Below, in pieces: positions 34,227 through 42,650 of a DNA stretch of 64,000 nt. Position numbers and translations under genes: made by a program. Source of the DNA: an uncultured Lachnospiraceae bacterium (GTDB lineage Bacteria > Bacillota > Clostridia > Lachnospirales > Lachnospiraceae); assembly GCA_944380065.1 (NCBI GenBank), contig CALWGM010000114.1, forward strand, positions 31,082-95,081, given 5' to 3'. Under the pieces are notes generated by a model. The model did no database searches, had not been told where the DNA came from, and saw only the letters and a program-made list of their open reading frames with translations. Within the stretch, counting starts at the first letter, position 1. Every line of letters begins with the position of its first letter.

Positions 34227-35408
34227 TCAGTGATGGAACAGACGGATGCCGGTAAAGCACATGGCCATTCCATATTTATTACAGGTCTCGATCACATGGT
34301 CGTCGCGGATGGATCCGCCGGGCTCCGCGATATATTTCACGCCGCTCTTGTGGGCGCGCTCGATATTGTCTCCAAAGGGGAAGAACGCGTCCGAGCCCAG
34401 GGCCACGTCGGTATTCCCGGCCAGCCATGCTTTTTTCTCCTCCGCGGTAAACACCGGAGGCTTCTCTGTAAATACATTCTCCCATGCGCCGTCTGCCAGC
34501 ACATCCATATACTCGTCGCCGATATACAGATCAATGGCGTTGTCACGGTCCGCCCGCTTAATGTCCGCGCGGAAAGGAAGGTTCAGCACCTGCGGAGCCT
34601 GACGCAGATACCAGTTGTCTGCCTTCTGTCCCGCCAGTCTCGTGCAGTGGATCCGGGACTGCTGCCCGGCGCCGATGCCGATGGCCTGTCCGCCCTTGGC
34701 GTAGCAGACAGAGTTGGACTGGGTATATTTCAGGGTAATCAGGGCAATGATCAGATCAATTTTCGCAGAATCCGGGATCTCCTTATTCTCTGTCACCACA
34801 TTGCCCAGGAAATCGCGGTCGATCTTCAGTTCATTTCTTCCCTGCTCGAAGGTCACGCCGAATACCTGTTTGCGCTCCACCGGATCCGGCACATAGTCCG
34901 GGTCGATCTGGATCACATTGTATTTTCCGCCCTTCTTTGCCTTCAGAATATCCAGGGCCTCCTCCGTATATCCGGGAGCAATCACGCCGTCGGATACCTC
35001 CGGCTTGATCAGCAGGGCAGTATCTTTATCACAGACATCCGACAGGGAGATAAAATCTCCGAAGGAGGACATCCTGTCCGCGCCTCTCGCACGGGCATAA
35101 GCGCAGGCCAGGGCTGACATATCCTCTTTGTCCTCCCCTACCCAGTAAATCTTTTTCTCCACCTCCGTCAGGGGCAGGCCGACTGCCGCTCCCGCCGGGG
35201 AAACATGCTTAAACGAGGTTGCCGCCGGAAGCCCCGTGGCCGCCTTTAACTCCCGCACCAGCTGCCAGCCGTTAAAAGCATCCAGGAAATTAATATAACC
35301 GGGCTTGCCGTTTAACACCTGGATCGGCAGGTCGCTGCCGTCTGCCATGTAGATCCTTGAGGGCTTCTGGTTGGGGTTGCATCCGTATTTTAATTCAAAT
35401 TCCTTCAT
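34227..35408 (-). CDS. purH: AICAR transformylase (PurH-like, lacking the IMP cyclohydrolase domain)
   Basis: LKYGCNPNQ, SFKHVSPAG, DRMSSFGDF, KYTQSNSV, GAGQQSRIHC, SDAFFPFGD, RLFHH. Confidence 0.9.
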   Translation of the reverse strand: MKEFELKYGCNPNQKPSRIYMADGSDLPIQVLNGKPGYINFLDAFNGWQLVRELKAATGLPAATSFKHVSPAGAAVGLPLTEVEKKIYWVGEDKEDMSALACAYARARGADRMSSFGDFISLSDVCDKDTALLIKPEVSDGVIAPGYTEEALDILKAKKGGKYNVIQIDPDYVPDPVERKQVFGVTFEQGRNELKIDRDFLGNVVTENKEIPDSAKIDLIIALITLKYTQSNSVCYAKGGQAIGIGAGQQSRIHCTRLAGQKADNWYLRQAPQVLNLPFRADIKRADRDNAIDLYIGDEYMDVLADGAWENVFTEKPPVFTAEEKKAWLAGNTDVALGSDAFFPFGDNIERAHKSGVKYIAEPGGSIRDDHVIETCNKYGMAMCFTGIRLFHH

Positions 35409-35443
35409 GATATGATACCTCCGTTTCGGCCGCTGTCCGGCTG

Positions 35444-36163
35444 CTACTGATTCTTGTTGACGATCCGCGTCTCGCAGGCGCCGTCCGCGATGCTGATATA
35501 GCGGACAAACAGGGAAACCTTGTTTTCCTCATTCAGGCTTTCCCAGAGAAGCTCTGTGTATGCGTCAATATCATCCATCGTGTCCACCAATTCCGGCTCG
35601 CCCTCAAAGCTGGGAAGCGGGTTGCCGTCCCCCATATAGGTGTGGATAAAATGTCCTTCTCCGTTTACCGGCGTGGAATAGGCAAAGGTAAAACGGTTGC
35701 AGGCCGCCGGATTGCCGTTATTGCTCTTTAAAATGGACATGGCGTAGCTGTAGGCGCCGTTTTCCACATGAAGAATCCCGGAAATACGGGGGGTATAATT
35801 GGGCGCGTCCGGTTCAAACTCCCGGCCTCTCAGAGACTGCTCAAAGGTCATCTGCTTATCCATCAGCTCGAAAATCGTGTCCGTCTGATCCCCGTTGGTG
35901 ACGATCGTTTTATTGCCCAGCACGCGGACCGGCGCGTAGATGATCAGGCTGGGATCCTCTAATTTGGACGGATCAAACGCCTGGGTACGGATGCCCTGGC
36001 CCTCCTCCACAAAAATACGGTTCCGGCTGTTGGCGCTTCTTCCCATAATAAAATAAGCCGCCACCGCCTTTGTACCGTCCGGCGTTTTTCCGAGAATAAT
36101 GCCTCTTCCCGGGTACGCGTTGTTCTGAAGCTGCTGTGCAATCGACTTCATTTCCATATGCAT
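35444..36163 (-). CDS. Stand-alone IMP cyclohydrolase (PurO-like)
   Basis: YPGRGI, YFIMGRSANSRNR, LIIY.P, TNGDQTD, FEPDAPNYTPRISG; adjacent to the AICAR transformylase. Confidence 0.88.
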   Translation of the reverse strand: MHMEMKSIAQQLQNNAYPGRGIILGKTPDGTKAVAAYFIMGRSANSRNRIFVEEGQGIRTQAFDPSKLEDPSLIIYAPVRVLGNKTIVTNGDQTDTIFELMDKQMTFEQSLRGREFEPDAPNYTPRISGILHVENGAYSYAMSILKSNNGNPAACNRFTFAYSTPVNGEGHFIHTYMGDGNPLPSFEGEPELVDTMDDIDAYTELLWESLNEENKVSLFVRYISIADGACETRIVNKNQ

Positions 36164-36242
36164 GTTCTCCTTTCCTGGGCGTCCTTTTGCCCAAACAGGC
36201 CTCCTCTTACAGGATTTCTTCTATAAAAAACACTGTCAAAAA

Positions 36243-37607
36243 CTAATTTTTAAAAGAATGAACCGGAGCCGGGATCCTGCCCTGGCGGCTGACAAACGCC
36301 TCACAGGAATAGGGATTCACCGGTATGATGGGCGCATATCCCAGCAGGCCGCCGAACTCGGCCATCTCGCCCACGCCCTTGCCGATCACCGGGATCAGAC
36401 GGACCGCCGTGGTTTTCTGGTTCACCATGCCGATGGCCATCTCATCGGCAATGATACCGGAAATGGTGGATGCCTTCGTATCTCCGGGGATGGCGATCAT
36501 ATCCAGTCCCACAGAGCAGACACAGGTCATGGCCTCTAACTTTTCCAGGGTCAGCGCATCAGCCCGCACCGCGTCGATCATCCCCTGGTCTTCACTGACC
36601 GGGATAAAAGCGCCGCTTAAGCCGCCCACATAGGAGGACGCCATAATGCCGCCCTTTTTCACCTGGTCATTCAGCATGGCCAGCGCCGCCGTGGTGCCCG
36701 GGGCGCCTGCGTACTCCAGGCCGATCTCCTCTAAAATCTCCGCCACACTGTCGCCCACAGCCGGCGTCGGCGCCAGCGACAGGTCGATGATGCCGAAAGG
36801 AATCCCCAGCATCCGGGAGGCTTCCTTCGCCACCAGCTGCCCCACGCGGGTGATTTTGAAGGCCGTCTTCTTGATGGTCTCGCAGAGAACCTCAAAATTC
36901 TCCCCCCGCGCCGCCTCCAGCGCTTTCTTCACAACGCCCGGCCCGCTGACGCCTACATTGATCACAGCGTCCGCCTCCGTCACGCCGTGAAACGCCCCGG
37001 CCATAAACGGGTTGTCGTCCGGCGCATTGCAGAACACCACTAACTTGGCGCAGCCCAGGGAATCCTGGTCAGCCGTCATCTGCGCGGTCTCTTTGATGGT
37101 CTCGCCCATCAGGCGCACCGCATCCATATTGATTCCGGTTTTGGTGGATCCTAAATTCACAGAGCTGCAGATCCGCTCTGTCTCTGCCAGCGCCCGGGGG
37201 ATGGAGCGGATCAGCAGTTCGTCCGCCTCCGTCATTCCCTTGGAAACCAGGGCGGAGTACCCGCCGATAAAATTGACGCCTACGGTGTGGGCCGCCTGGT
37301 CCAGCGTTTTCGCGATCTCCACAAAATCCTCCGGCGTCCGGCAGGCCGCCGAGCCGATCAGGGCAATCGGCGTCACTGAAATTCTTTTATTTACAATGGG
37401 TATCCCGTATTTTTTCTCAATCTCACTTCCGACAGCCACCAGGTCTTTCGCCACAGAGGTAATCCTGCGGTAAATCTTTTCCTTCAGCTGCTCCAGATCG
37501 GAATCGATACAGTCCAAAAGACTGATTCCCAGGGTGATCGTGCGGACGTCTAAGTTCATCTCGCTGATCATCTGGTTGGTTTCCGTAACTTCCTGTATAT
37601 TAATCAT
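36243..37607 (-). CDS. UPF0210 (DUF711, PFL-like) family protein
   Basis: [63 protein letters not shown]. Confidence 0.93.
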   Translation of the reverse strand: MINIQEVTETNQMISEMNLDVRTITLGISLLDCIDSDLEQLKEKIYRRITSVAKDLVAVGSEIEKKYGIPIVNKRISVTPIALIGSAACRTPEDFVEIAKTLDQAAHTVGVNFIGGYSALVSKGMTEADELLIRSIPRALAETERICSSVNLGSTKTGINMDAVRLMGETIKETAQMTADQDSLGCAKLVVFCNAPDDNPFMAGAFHGVTEADAVINVGVSGPGVVKKALEAARGENFEVLCETIKKTAFKITRVGQLVAKEASRMLGIPFGIIDLSLAPTPAVGDSVAEILEEIGLEYAGAPGTTAALAMLNDQVKKGGIMASSYVGGLSGAFIPVSEDQGMIDAVRADALTLEKLEAMTCVCSVGLDMIAIPGDTKASTISGIIADEMAIGMVNQKTTAVRLIPVIGKGVGEMAEFGGLLGYAPIIPVNPYSCEAFVSRQGRIPAPVHSFKN

Positions 37608-37653
37608 ACTGTTCTCCTCACAACTTTCTTAAGAACTTTTCCTGAGCGCCCGG

Positions 37654-37938
37654 TCAGATCCGGTGCATCATATCGAAGATCTCTTCCTTCTGGCAGTGGA
37701 TCGTCACGCCGATCCCCTTTCCGATCTCCTCTAAGTCCGCCGCGCACTGGCCAAAGGGTACCGTGGAGCCGCTCAGATCCACGATCATCATCATGTTAAA
37801 GAAATCCTGTACGATAGTCTGGGAAATGTCCAGTACATTGATGCTGTGCTCCGCCAGGTAAGTACATACCTTCGCGATAATCCCTACCGTATCTTTTCCC
37901 ACGACAGTAATGACTGTCTTTTCTGCTGTTTTTTCCAT
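37654..37938 (-). CDS. ACT domain protein (UPF0237)
   Basis: VITVVGKDTVGIIA.V...LA...INVLDISQTI..DFFNMMMIVD; usual partner of UPF0210. Confidence 0.92.
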   Translation of the reverse strand: MEKTAEKTVITVVGKDTVGIIAKVCTYLAEHSINVLDISQTIVQDFFNMMMIVDLSGSTVPFGQCAADLEEIGKGIGVTIHCQKEEIFDMMHRI

Positions 37939-38045
37939 GTCTTACGCGCCATTTTTGGCGCTCTCCTCTCTTTAATCTTCTGCGTTCCGATCCCGGACGG
38001 CTCTGTCGCCGGGCAGAACGGACCCAAACGGCCGCCGCCGTTTTC

Positions 38046-38843
38046 TCAGAACGAAATCAGCTCGGAAACCTCATCCCGTCTGGCCACTTCCACCGGAAAA
38101 TCGGAACCCTTATACGGCACATCCGCCATGGTGATCTCCATCTTCACACTCTCATAGGCCAGCTGCGGATAATTATTCTCTTTTCTCAGATGCCCTAACA
38201 CCACCTTGCGGAAACGGTCATGCAGTACGCGGCTCAGCAGCTGCCCGGACAGTTCATTGGACAGATGTCCCTTCTCTCCCAGGATCCGCTGCTTCAGGTA
38301 ATAGGGGTAGACCCCCACCTGCAGCATATGTACGTCATGGTTCGCCTCCAACAATAATACATCCAGCCCCTGCAGCTTGTCCACAATATAATCGTCGTAC
38401 TTACCCAGGTCTGTGATGACAGCCATGGACTTCTGCTCCCTGCGCATCACATAGGCCACCGGATCCGCCGCGTCATGGGAGGTGGATATGGGCTGCACCG
38501 TCATATCGCCGATCCGAAACGGCACCTCCGGGCGGATCACCCGGAACAGGGATCCGTCAATCTCGCCCACCGACCTGTTTTCCATGATGGCGTCGATGGT
38601 TCCCTTTGTGGCGTACATGGGGATCCCGTGTCTGCGGGCCACCACGCCCAGCCCCTTAATATGGTCCATGTGCTCGTGGGTGATCAGGATCCCGTCCATC
38701 TCACTGGTCTTGTATCCGATCTCATTTAATCCCGCCTCGATCCGCTTTCCGCTGATCCCGGCGTCAATCAGTACATGGCAGTCATCGGTCCCCGCGTAAA
38801 TACAGTTCCCGCTGCTGCCGCTGGCTATACTGCAAAGTTCCAT
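38046..38843 (-). CDS. MBL-fold metallo-hydrolase (YycJ/WalJ-like)
   Basis: SIASGSSGNC, LIDAG, THEHMDH, TSHDA, TDLG, LEANHD, GHLSN. Confidence 0.92.
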   Translation of the reverse strand: MELCSIASGSSGNCIYAGTDDCHVLIDAGISGKRIEAGLNEIGYKTSEMDGILITHEHMDHIKGLGVVARRHGIPMYATKGTIDAIMENRSVGEIDGSLFRVIRPEVPFRIGDMTVQPISTSHDAADPVAYVMRREQKSMAVITDLGKYDDYIVDKLQGLDVLLLEANHDVHMLQVGVYPYYLKQRILGEKGHLSNELSGQLLSRVLHDRFRKVVLGHLRKENNYPQLAYESVKMEITMADVPYKGSDFPVEVARRDEVSELISF

Positions 38844-38847
38844 GTCC

Positions 38848-39471
38848 TCACTCCATACTTCCTTTTTTCCGAATGCCTCTCGCCAGAAGCAGCCGGTCGA
38901 TCTGGGCAAAAGCCTCTGCGGGCGTCCGGTTGTTGTCAATCTCCGCCGCGCACCGCCGCCGGTATTCCTCCTCACCCATCTGGCTGCCAAAGATCCCGTC
39001 GATCTTCTGATCCGAATAGCCGCGGCTTTTTTTCAGGCGCGCCCGGCGGTTAGCCTCAGAGGTATAAATATACCACACTTCGTCGCGGATTGCATCCTCT
39101 TTTTCATCCTGCAGGAGGGCGGCCTCGCTCACAAAAAGATCCAGCACCCCCCGCTGCCGCTCTTCCTCCGCCTGCTTTGCAACGGCATCCCACACGGCCG
39201 GATGAACGATCCCGTCGCAGGCCTTCCGTTTCTCCTCATCGGAAAACAGCACCCTGGCCAGAGCCGGGCGGTCGATCCGCCCGTCCTCCGCAAACACGCC
39301 ATCCCCGGCAAACAGCTGCCGCAGGCGGCTGTAACAGTCCGTCCCCGGCTCCATCAGGTCATGGGCGACCTCATCCGCCAGCAGTACACGGCAGTTATAC
39401 TCCTGCTCCAGATATTTCAGAATCTCCGATTTCCCGGCGCCCACACCGCCGGTGATACCAATATGCAACAT
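38848..39471 (-). CDS. coaE: Dephospho-CoA kinase
   Basis: IGITGGVGAGKS, ADEVAH, IDR..LA..LF, IVHPAV, EAALL. Confidence 0.93.
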   Translation of the reverse strand: MLHIGITGGVGAGKSEILKYLEQEYNCRVLLADEVAHDLMEPGTDCYSRLRQLFAGDGVFAEDGRIDRPALARVLFSDEEKRKACDGIVHPAVWDAVAKQAEEERQRGVLDLFVSEAALLQDEKEDAIRDEVWYIYTSEANRRARLKKSRGYSDQKIDGIFGSQMGEEEYRRRCAAEIDNNRTPAEAFAQIDRLLLARGIRKKGSME

Positions 39472-39488
39472 GCTGTCCCTCCTGCTTT

Positions 39489-40382
39489 TTATCTGCCCGC
39501 TTCCGTCTGTAAATCCCGGCAATACCCGTCCATCCACTCCGCAATCTCTGTCTGATCCCGGTTCCATACGGCCAGGACGTCATCCCCCAGCCGCTCCGGC
39601 AGCACGAATTTCCCCAGGCCGCCGAACACATCCGCCACCTGCTCCGACAGGACCATAAAGCCATTCCTCAGCTTCACATAGCTGAGCGCGGTGAAAATAT
39701 TGTCTGCTTCCTCGACCTCCCCCGGCACGATCCCCAGCTCCTGGATCTTTCTGAGGGAGGAATAATAAACGCCCTGTCCCCGCTCCCTGCCTACCGTCAC
39801 GAAGGTACCTCCCTGGAAATCATCAAATGACAGCTGTTCCTGTCTTCCCCACCGGGATTCGGAGGGAAAAATCAGGGCGGCCTTCCGGCGGATCAGCTGC
39901 ATTTCACAGAAATTCCCCGCCTCTTCCCATCCCAGCTGCAGAGTCAGCCAGAGATCGATCTTGTTCCCCTTCAGCGCCTTCGTCCCCTCCGAAAAGGACA
40001 TCCGGTGCAGGATCAGCTTCAGCTCCGGGGCATTCCTCTGGAAATATTCAAACAGCTGCGGCAGGAAATCGTCCGTATAAACGCCGTCAAAACAGCCCAC
40101 GTTCAGAAGCTGTTTCCTGGCCTTTCCCGCCAGGGCCGCATTCTTTTTGGCGTTTTCCAGCTCCTTTAAAATATTTTTCAGATCCTTTTCAAACTGTCTC
40201 CCCGCGCTGGTGAGAACCACGCCCCGGGCCTTCCGCTCAAACAGGGGAACCCCCACTTCCCGTTCCAGCAGGGCAATCTGCTTGCTTAAAGCCGGCTGCG
40301 AAATATAAAGCTCCTTCGCCGCCCCGGTCATGCTCTGCGTCTCCGCCACCTGCAGAAAATAACTGATCTGTTCCAGTCTCAT
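39489..40382 (-). CDS. LysR family transcriptional regulator
   Basis: MRLEQISYFL.VA..QSMT.AAKELYISQPALSKQI..LE.E.G..LFER. Confidence 0.95.
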   Translation of the reverse strand: MRLEQISYFLQVAETQSMTGAAKELYISQPALSKQIALLEREVGVPLFERKARGVVLTSAGRQFEKDLKNILKELENAKKNAALAGKARKQLLNVGCFDGVYTDDFLPQLFEYFQRNAPELKLILHRMSFSEGTKALKGNKIDLWLTLQLGWEEAGNFCEMQLIRRKAALIFPSESRWGRQEQLSFDDFQGGTFVTVGRERGQGVYYSSLRKIQELGIVPGEVEEADNIFTALSYVKLRNGFMVLSEQVADVFGGLGKFVLPERLGDDVLAVWNRDQTEIAEWMDGYCRDLQTEAGR

Positions 40383-40407
40383 TACTCCATCCCCCCGCTC
40401 TTCTCTG

Positions 40408-40471
40408 AACAGTGTACACTGTTTTCCCGGAACGCGCAACAATCCCGGGGAAATTTCCCCGGGATTGCTGC
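40408..40471. repeat. Two adjacent palindromes (16-bp perfect; 26-bp perfect extending to 36 bp) upstream of the LysR gene
   Basis: AACAGTGTACACTGTT (40408-40423) covers the -10 of a TTGCGC-N17-TACACT promoter; AATCCCGGGGAAATTTCCCCGGGATT spans 40441-40466. Confidence 0.7.
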
Positions 40472-40517
40472 TGATACCCGAAATCACATCTGTCCTGCCG
40501 TGTCATGTTCCAGCCGG

Positions 40518-42491
40518 TCAGTCTGCGTTTTTGTACGTACGGTAAGAGAACAGAGCCTCTGACGTGGTGGCTTTCGCGTTTCTGTGCGCCGTCAGCTCGA
40601 AAGAAATGGTTCCGTCTTCCAGATTATAATCGGTAAAGATCGGACGGCTGCCCTGGTACAGCGGAATATCCGGATAGTTGGCATCCGTCTGCGCCGCCTG
40701 CGGGATCGGCGGGATATTGTCGATCACGCCGTGCAGACCCCAGCCGATGGTCACGGAAGTGTCGCTGTCATACTGCACGCTGCCGCAGTGGCTGGCAATA
40801 TGATACTTCCCGTTTGCGTTCAGGTCTGTGCCGTTGATCACATCGCTGATGGTGGCTGTTTTCGCATCCTCGTCGATGGTGGCCTTGAAGGTCCTGGTCA
40901 GGGTTGTGGGCGCTCCCTCAAACGTAGGGGTCGTCAGGAACGGGCCGATACCGGTCTGGTTATCAAAGATACTGATCTCCGGATTTCCGGTGAGCGTGCC
41001 GTCCTCATTCCGGTTGGTGTAACGCGCGAAATGCTGACCGTAGGTAAGGGCTTCAAACTGCTGCTGCGCATCCTCTTTGCCTTCATCGGTACGCGTGGTG
41101 GTATATTCGTCATATCCGCTTAAGGTGCTGGCTTTTCCGCCTAAGATCCAGTCGATCTGCTTGGTGGGGAAGTCAAACTGATATACCGCGCACTGGTCCC
41201 TCATGGAAACCAGGATCTTATCCACATCGCCGTTTTCATCCAGGGTATAATCCACACTGTTTACATGTACATAATCCATGATGCCGTCAGCCAGGGAGAA
41301 TACGGTATTTTCCCCTACCGCAACCTCGATGCCGTCCAGGGTGCTGCCTGCATAGTCGATCTTTTCTACTGCAGACTCATACAGCAGCGGGTAGTCTGCG
41401 GTATTCACCTCGTTGACCACTTCGCCGTCTTTTACTTCCTGGATGATCCCGGTCCATACGTAAGCGGTATTGCCTCCGTCGATCCCCTCTACGGTATCCG
41501 GAAGGTTGTCTGCCAGGATCGGCGTGTAGCTCAGGAGAATATAATGATCCTCGCCCAGCACTAAGAATTCATGCTGATCCAGGTAGCCCTGTCCGTGGTT
41601 CTGGTTCTCGCTGTCGTTGGCTTCCAGCACAGCCTTGTCGATATCCTGGTAATTCTCATCCATTACCAGATAGAAACCGCTGGAGAATCCTCCGTTGGAA
41701 TTCCTGAAATCCGGCTCCAGCTCAACAAACGCAGAATAGTACCGGTCTCCGTCCAGCGTATCCTGGGCGGCAAAATTCTCCGCCATCAGCTCTTTGCCGT
41801 CGCTCTCTCCCACGCAGTTCATATTCCGGTAGTAAATCAGCTCTCCCTCTGTATTGACCCGCAGGAAGAAATGGTCTACCGAAAACGTATACACACCTTT
41901 GTCAGCCTCTGCCACGCCATTGTTTACCACTTCCAGATCCGGCATCAGCTCATTCAGGGTGTGGATCTTATACTCTGTCCCGTCTGCCATGGCCACCGTG
42001 ATCACCTCGTCCGCCGGCTCGTTGGCGTCCAATGCCTCCGGGACAACGCCTGCGGTCCCGTCCTCACCGATCTCAATGGTCTTTCCTTCCACACTGCTGG
42101 ATACAGACGCGATCTGCTGCCCCTCTGCAGGCGTAATCACGATCTCACTGCCTGCCACATACGCATTCAGATAGTAATCTGTCGTATTGGCCGTATCAGA
42201 AGAAGCCGTCAGCACCACGCCGCTGGCGCCGTTTGCGTCAGACACAGAAATCGGGATCGCCGCCGCTTCCGGCTGCATGGGAACCTTGCCCATCTGTTCC
42301 TCAATCTCCGCTGAGTAGTCAAAGGGAACGTTCACGTAATCCAGCTCGGCCACTCCGGTTGCCTCCTCTGTTTCTGTCTCCGCCTCCGCGGAAAGGGAAC
42401 CCTGCTCCTGCTCCGCATTCTTGCCGCATCCCGCCAGCATGGCCGCCCCTAAGACGCCTGCCAGAAGACATACCACAATTTTTCTCTTCAT
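40518..42491 (-). CDS. Lipoprotein with an aryl-sulfate sulfotransferase (ASST)-like beta-propeller domain
   Basis: Lipobox LAGC; motifs QHEF, DYVHVNSVDY, LVSMRD, DWILGG and GQHFAR typical of arylsulfotransferases. Confidence 0.8.
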   Translation of the reverse strand: MKRKIVVCLLAGVLGAAMLAGCGKNAEQEQGSLSAEAETETEEATGVAELDYVNVPFDYSAEIEEQMGKVPMQPEAAAIPISVSDANGASGVVLTASSDTANTTDYYLNAYVAGSEIVITPAEGQQIASVSSSVEGKTIEIGEDGTAGVVPEALDANEPADEVITVAMADGTEYKIHTLNELMPDLEVVNNGVAEADKGVYTFSVDHFFLRVNTEGELIYYRNMNCVGESDGKELMAENFAAQDTLDGDRYYSAFVELEPDFRNSNGGFSSGFYLVMDENYQDIDKAVLEANDSENQNHGQGYLDQHEFLVLGEDHYILLSYTPILADNLPDTVEGIDGGNTAYVWTGIIQEVKDGEVVNEVNTADYPLLYESAVEKIDYAGSTLDGIEVAVGENTVFSLADGIMDYVHVNSVDYTLDENGDVDKILVSMRDQCAVYQFDFPTKQIDWILGGKASTLSGYDEYTTTRTDEGKEDAQQQFEALTYGQHFARYTNRNEDGTLTGNPEISIFDNQTGIGPFLTTPTFEGAPTTLTRTFKATIDEDAKTATISDVINGTDLNANGKYHIASHCGSVQYDSDTSVTIGWGLHGVIDNIPPIPQAAQTDANYPDIPLYQGSRPIFTDYNLEDGTISFELTAHRNAKATTSEALFSYRTYKNAD

Positions 42492-42578
42492 ACCTTACCT
42501 CCTTGTTTTGTCTCCACATTTATAGTAACCTCTGTGTTACTACATTATACATGGTTGCCGGCATCTCCACAAATACAG

Positions 42579-42625
42579 AAAAGCTATCCACCCATAACCT
42601 CAGATTATGGGTGGACAGCTTTTTT
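42579..42625. terminator. Intrinsic terminator downstream of polA
   Basis: AAAAGCT.TCCACCCATAA / TTATGGGTGGA.AGCTTTT with A and T runs on both sides. Confidence 0.8.
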
Positions 42626-42650
42626 CGCAGGCCGTCTGTTTTTACATCCC

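Noticed and set aside
36164-36242. ZTP or purine riboswitch upstream of the purine genes
   Set aside because: Only a short hairpin fits in the 79-bp gap; the conserved aptamer elements are absent.
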